A stretch of 64,000 nt of DNA from positions 288,001 to 352,000 of the forward strand of contig CAXXHB010000002.1 in NCBI GenBank assembly GCA_963664815.2. Reading direction: 5' to 3'. Made by a program: the position numbers and the translations under genes. Positions 63,577 to 64,000 of this stretch are shown one piece after another. A model generated the notes under the pieces. That model searched no databases, was not told the DNA's origin, and saw nothing but the letters and a program-made list of their open reading frames with translations. Source of the stretch: Spirochaetota bacterium (lineage in GTDB: Bacteria; Spirochaetota; UBA4802; UBA5550). The first letter of the stretch is position 1; each line of letters starts with the position of its first letter.

Positions 63577-64000
63577 TGAAATCAGTAAAATGTATACTCC
63601 TTTATTCAGGTGGACTTGACAGCCTTCTCGCCGGTAAAGTTTTATTAGATGAAGGTATTGATGTTACCGGACTTCACTGTATTCTTCCTTACTATCCGCC
63701 GGATGTTGATACTGAAGATCTTAAAGAATCAATCATTGCAAAACAAATTGGTCTTAAACTTGTACATTACAGATGTGGTGATGAGTATATCAATATGCTT
63801 AAAAATCCGCCTCATGGATATGGAAAACATATTAATCCCTGTATCGACTGTAAAATTTTTTTCATAAATAAAGCTGCAGAAATAATGATTGAAACAGGTT
63901 CCGATTTTGTTGCTACAGGAGAAGTTGTCGGCCAGAGACCAATGTCACAATATAAAAATACCTTAATACATATTGAAAATAGTACACTCAAAGGAAGATT
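63573..64000 (+). CDS. ThiI-like / DUF814-type PP-loop tRNA thiolation protein (partial)
   Basis: Manual translation: LLYSGGLDSLLA...GYGKHINPCIDCK...TGEVVGQRPMSQ; runs off window. Confidence 0.85.
   Translation, partial: MMKSVKCILLYSGGLDSLLAGKVLLDEGIDVTGLHCILPYYPPDVDTEDLKESIIAKQIGLKLVHYRCGDEYINMLKNPPHGYGKHINPCIDCKIFFINKAAEIMIETGSDFVATGEVVGQRPMSQYKNTLIHIENSTLKGR

Noticed and set aside
1-64000. CRISPR array, rRNA/tRNA genes, prophage, integron integrase
   Set aside because: I saw no regularly spaced repeats, structural RNA signatures, phage structural genes or tyrosine recombinase.

Overview
AT-rich bacterial chromosomal segment whose gene content resembles free-living Spirochaetota (inference; no database search was possible). 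It has two parts. (1) About 2.3-26.9 kb is an accessory, decaying region: two apparently identical IS3 copies (each with its own 3-bp target duplication), IS1182, IS21, IS481 and IS91 remnants, four RelE/HigA-type toxin-antitoxin modules with mostly broken toxins, cassette-like orphan genes next to attC-like integron sites, REP-like palindromes and a YhcG nuclease. No integrase is present in the window. (2) About 27-64 kb is core genome: amino-acid ABC transporter, mnmG-rsmG with two parS sites, hisI, nadK-recN, ispD, mog, pyrF, XPB-like helicase, FGGY kinase and moeA. The best candidates for new biology are: IS1182-type ends abutting attC R'' boxes three times, including one element that splits a reconstructable ~110-bp attC; a structured ~140-bp repeat downstream of unrelated TA modules; and a small basic protein with circularly permuted HMG-box-like motifs whose 3' end carries a degenerate 11-bp-period repeat.
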